From a plasmid, in sequence record CP121101.1: a DNA stretch of 64,000 bases. The stretch is one strand, 5' to 3'. How positions within the stretch are numbered: the stretch's first letter is position 1; each line of letters begins with the position of its first letter. The notes beneath the pieces are model-generated. The model saw nothing but the letters and a program-made list of their open reading frames with translations, was not told the origin of the DNA and did not search any database. This document shows positions 63,258-64,000 of the stretch, piece by piece. The translations under genes and the position numbers were made by a program.

Positions 63258-63549
63258 GAAGGCTCCATAGCAGCAGGTTTCACCATCACAGGTGCGCTGT
63301 CAGCGAGATTGACAACTCAATCCTGCAAAAGCAGAGGAAGATGCCGGGCACTATAGAGCGGGCGGCCTGCCGGGGCCTAGTGACGAGATGGCACTCGGTG
63401 GATGCCAATCCGGACATCTCCCGCAGGAGAGGTCCGGATTGGCATGCTCATCGACCCGCCCCCTGCCAGGTCGCCCTTGAGGGGTCGGGTCCGAGGTAAC
63501 GGGCACGCCGCGATGCGACGTGCCCTCAAGGCTCAGCGACGGCGCACCA

Positions 63550-64000
<451 letters not shown>

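Noticed and set aside
62413-63356. Plus-strand ORFs rich in His, Gln and Gly.
   Set aside because: They are antisense to the MFS transporter gene and are compositional artefacts.

Overview
The window is a mosaic mobile region in two parts. The left ~43 kb is a segment of an integrative conjugative element (ICE) of the PAPI-1/pKLC102/ICEclc (GI-type T4SS) family. On the minus strand it carries a block of transfer-region genes (RAQPRD-family protein, paired TIGR03745-like small membrane proteins and others). A VesB-like trypsin protease with a GlyGly-CTERM sorting signal sits there as cargo. A complete R64/PAPI-1-like type IVb pilus operon follows (pilL-N-O-P-Q-R-S, prepilin, pilV), then an H-NS-family gene and a set of small hypothetical cargo genes. 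On the plus strand there is a giant fused N6-adenine methyltransferase-SNF2 helicase ORF, a ParB-like gene, a beta-sliding-clamp (DnaN) homolog, a PRTRC cassette (ubiquitin-like protein C and ThiF/E1-like protein B) and a parA-parB pair. An IS2-like IS3-family element is inserted with a 5-bp ACCAA target duplication beside 33-bp iteron-like direct repeats. The right ~20 kb is a multiresistance mosaic. It holds a Tn5393 remnant (81-bp IR, strB, degraded strA, tnpR, 3'-truncated tnpA). A foreign Tn3-family IR lies inside the tnpA 3' end, followed by a truncated methyl-accepting chemotaxis protein fragment. A complete Tn402-like class 1 integron follows (IRt, tniA-B-Q-R, aac(6')-Ib and a FosA/FosC2-like cassette, attI1, intI1, IRi), sitting next to a resolvase gene. 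Beyond it are a Tn552/Tn5053-like transposition module, a truncated MFS transporter and the 3' part of a FOX/CAV-like class C beta-lactamase. The most unusual feature is a family of about 70% GC, degenerate ~90-bp tandem repeats in three loci (19.7-21.8 kb, 24.2-25.15 kb, 43.56-45.05 kb), embedded in a backbone of about 47% GC; the first array ends in a double stop codon and a bidirectional terminator. Many conserved genes carry single-base frameshifts at homopolymer tracts (pilS, pilR, pilQ, parA, parB, thiF, the MTase-helicase, strB, strA, tniA and others). These look like sequencing or assembly indels rather than biological decay.
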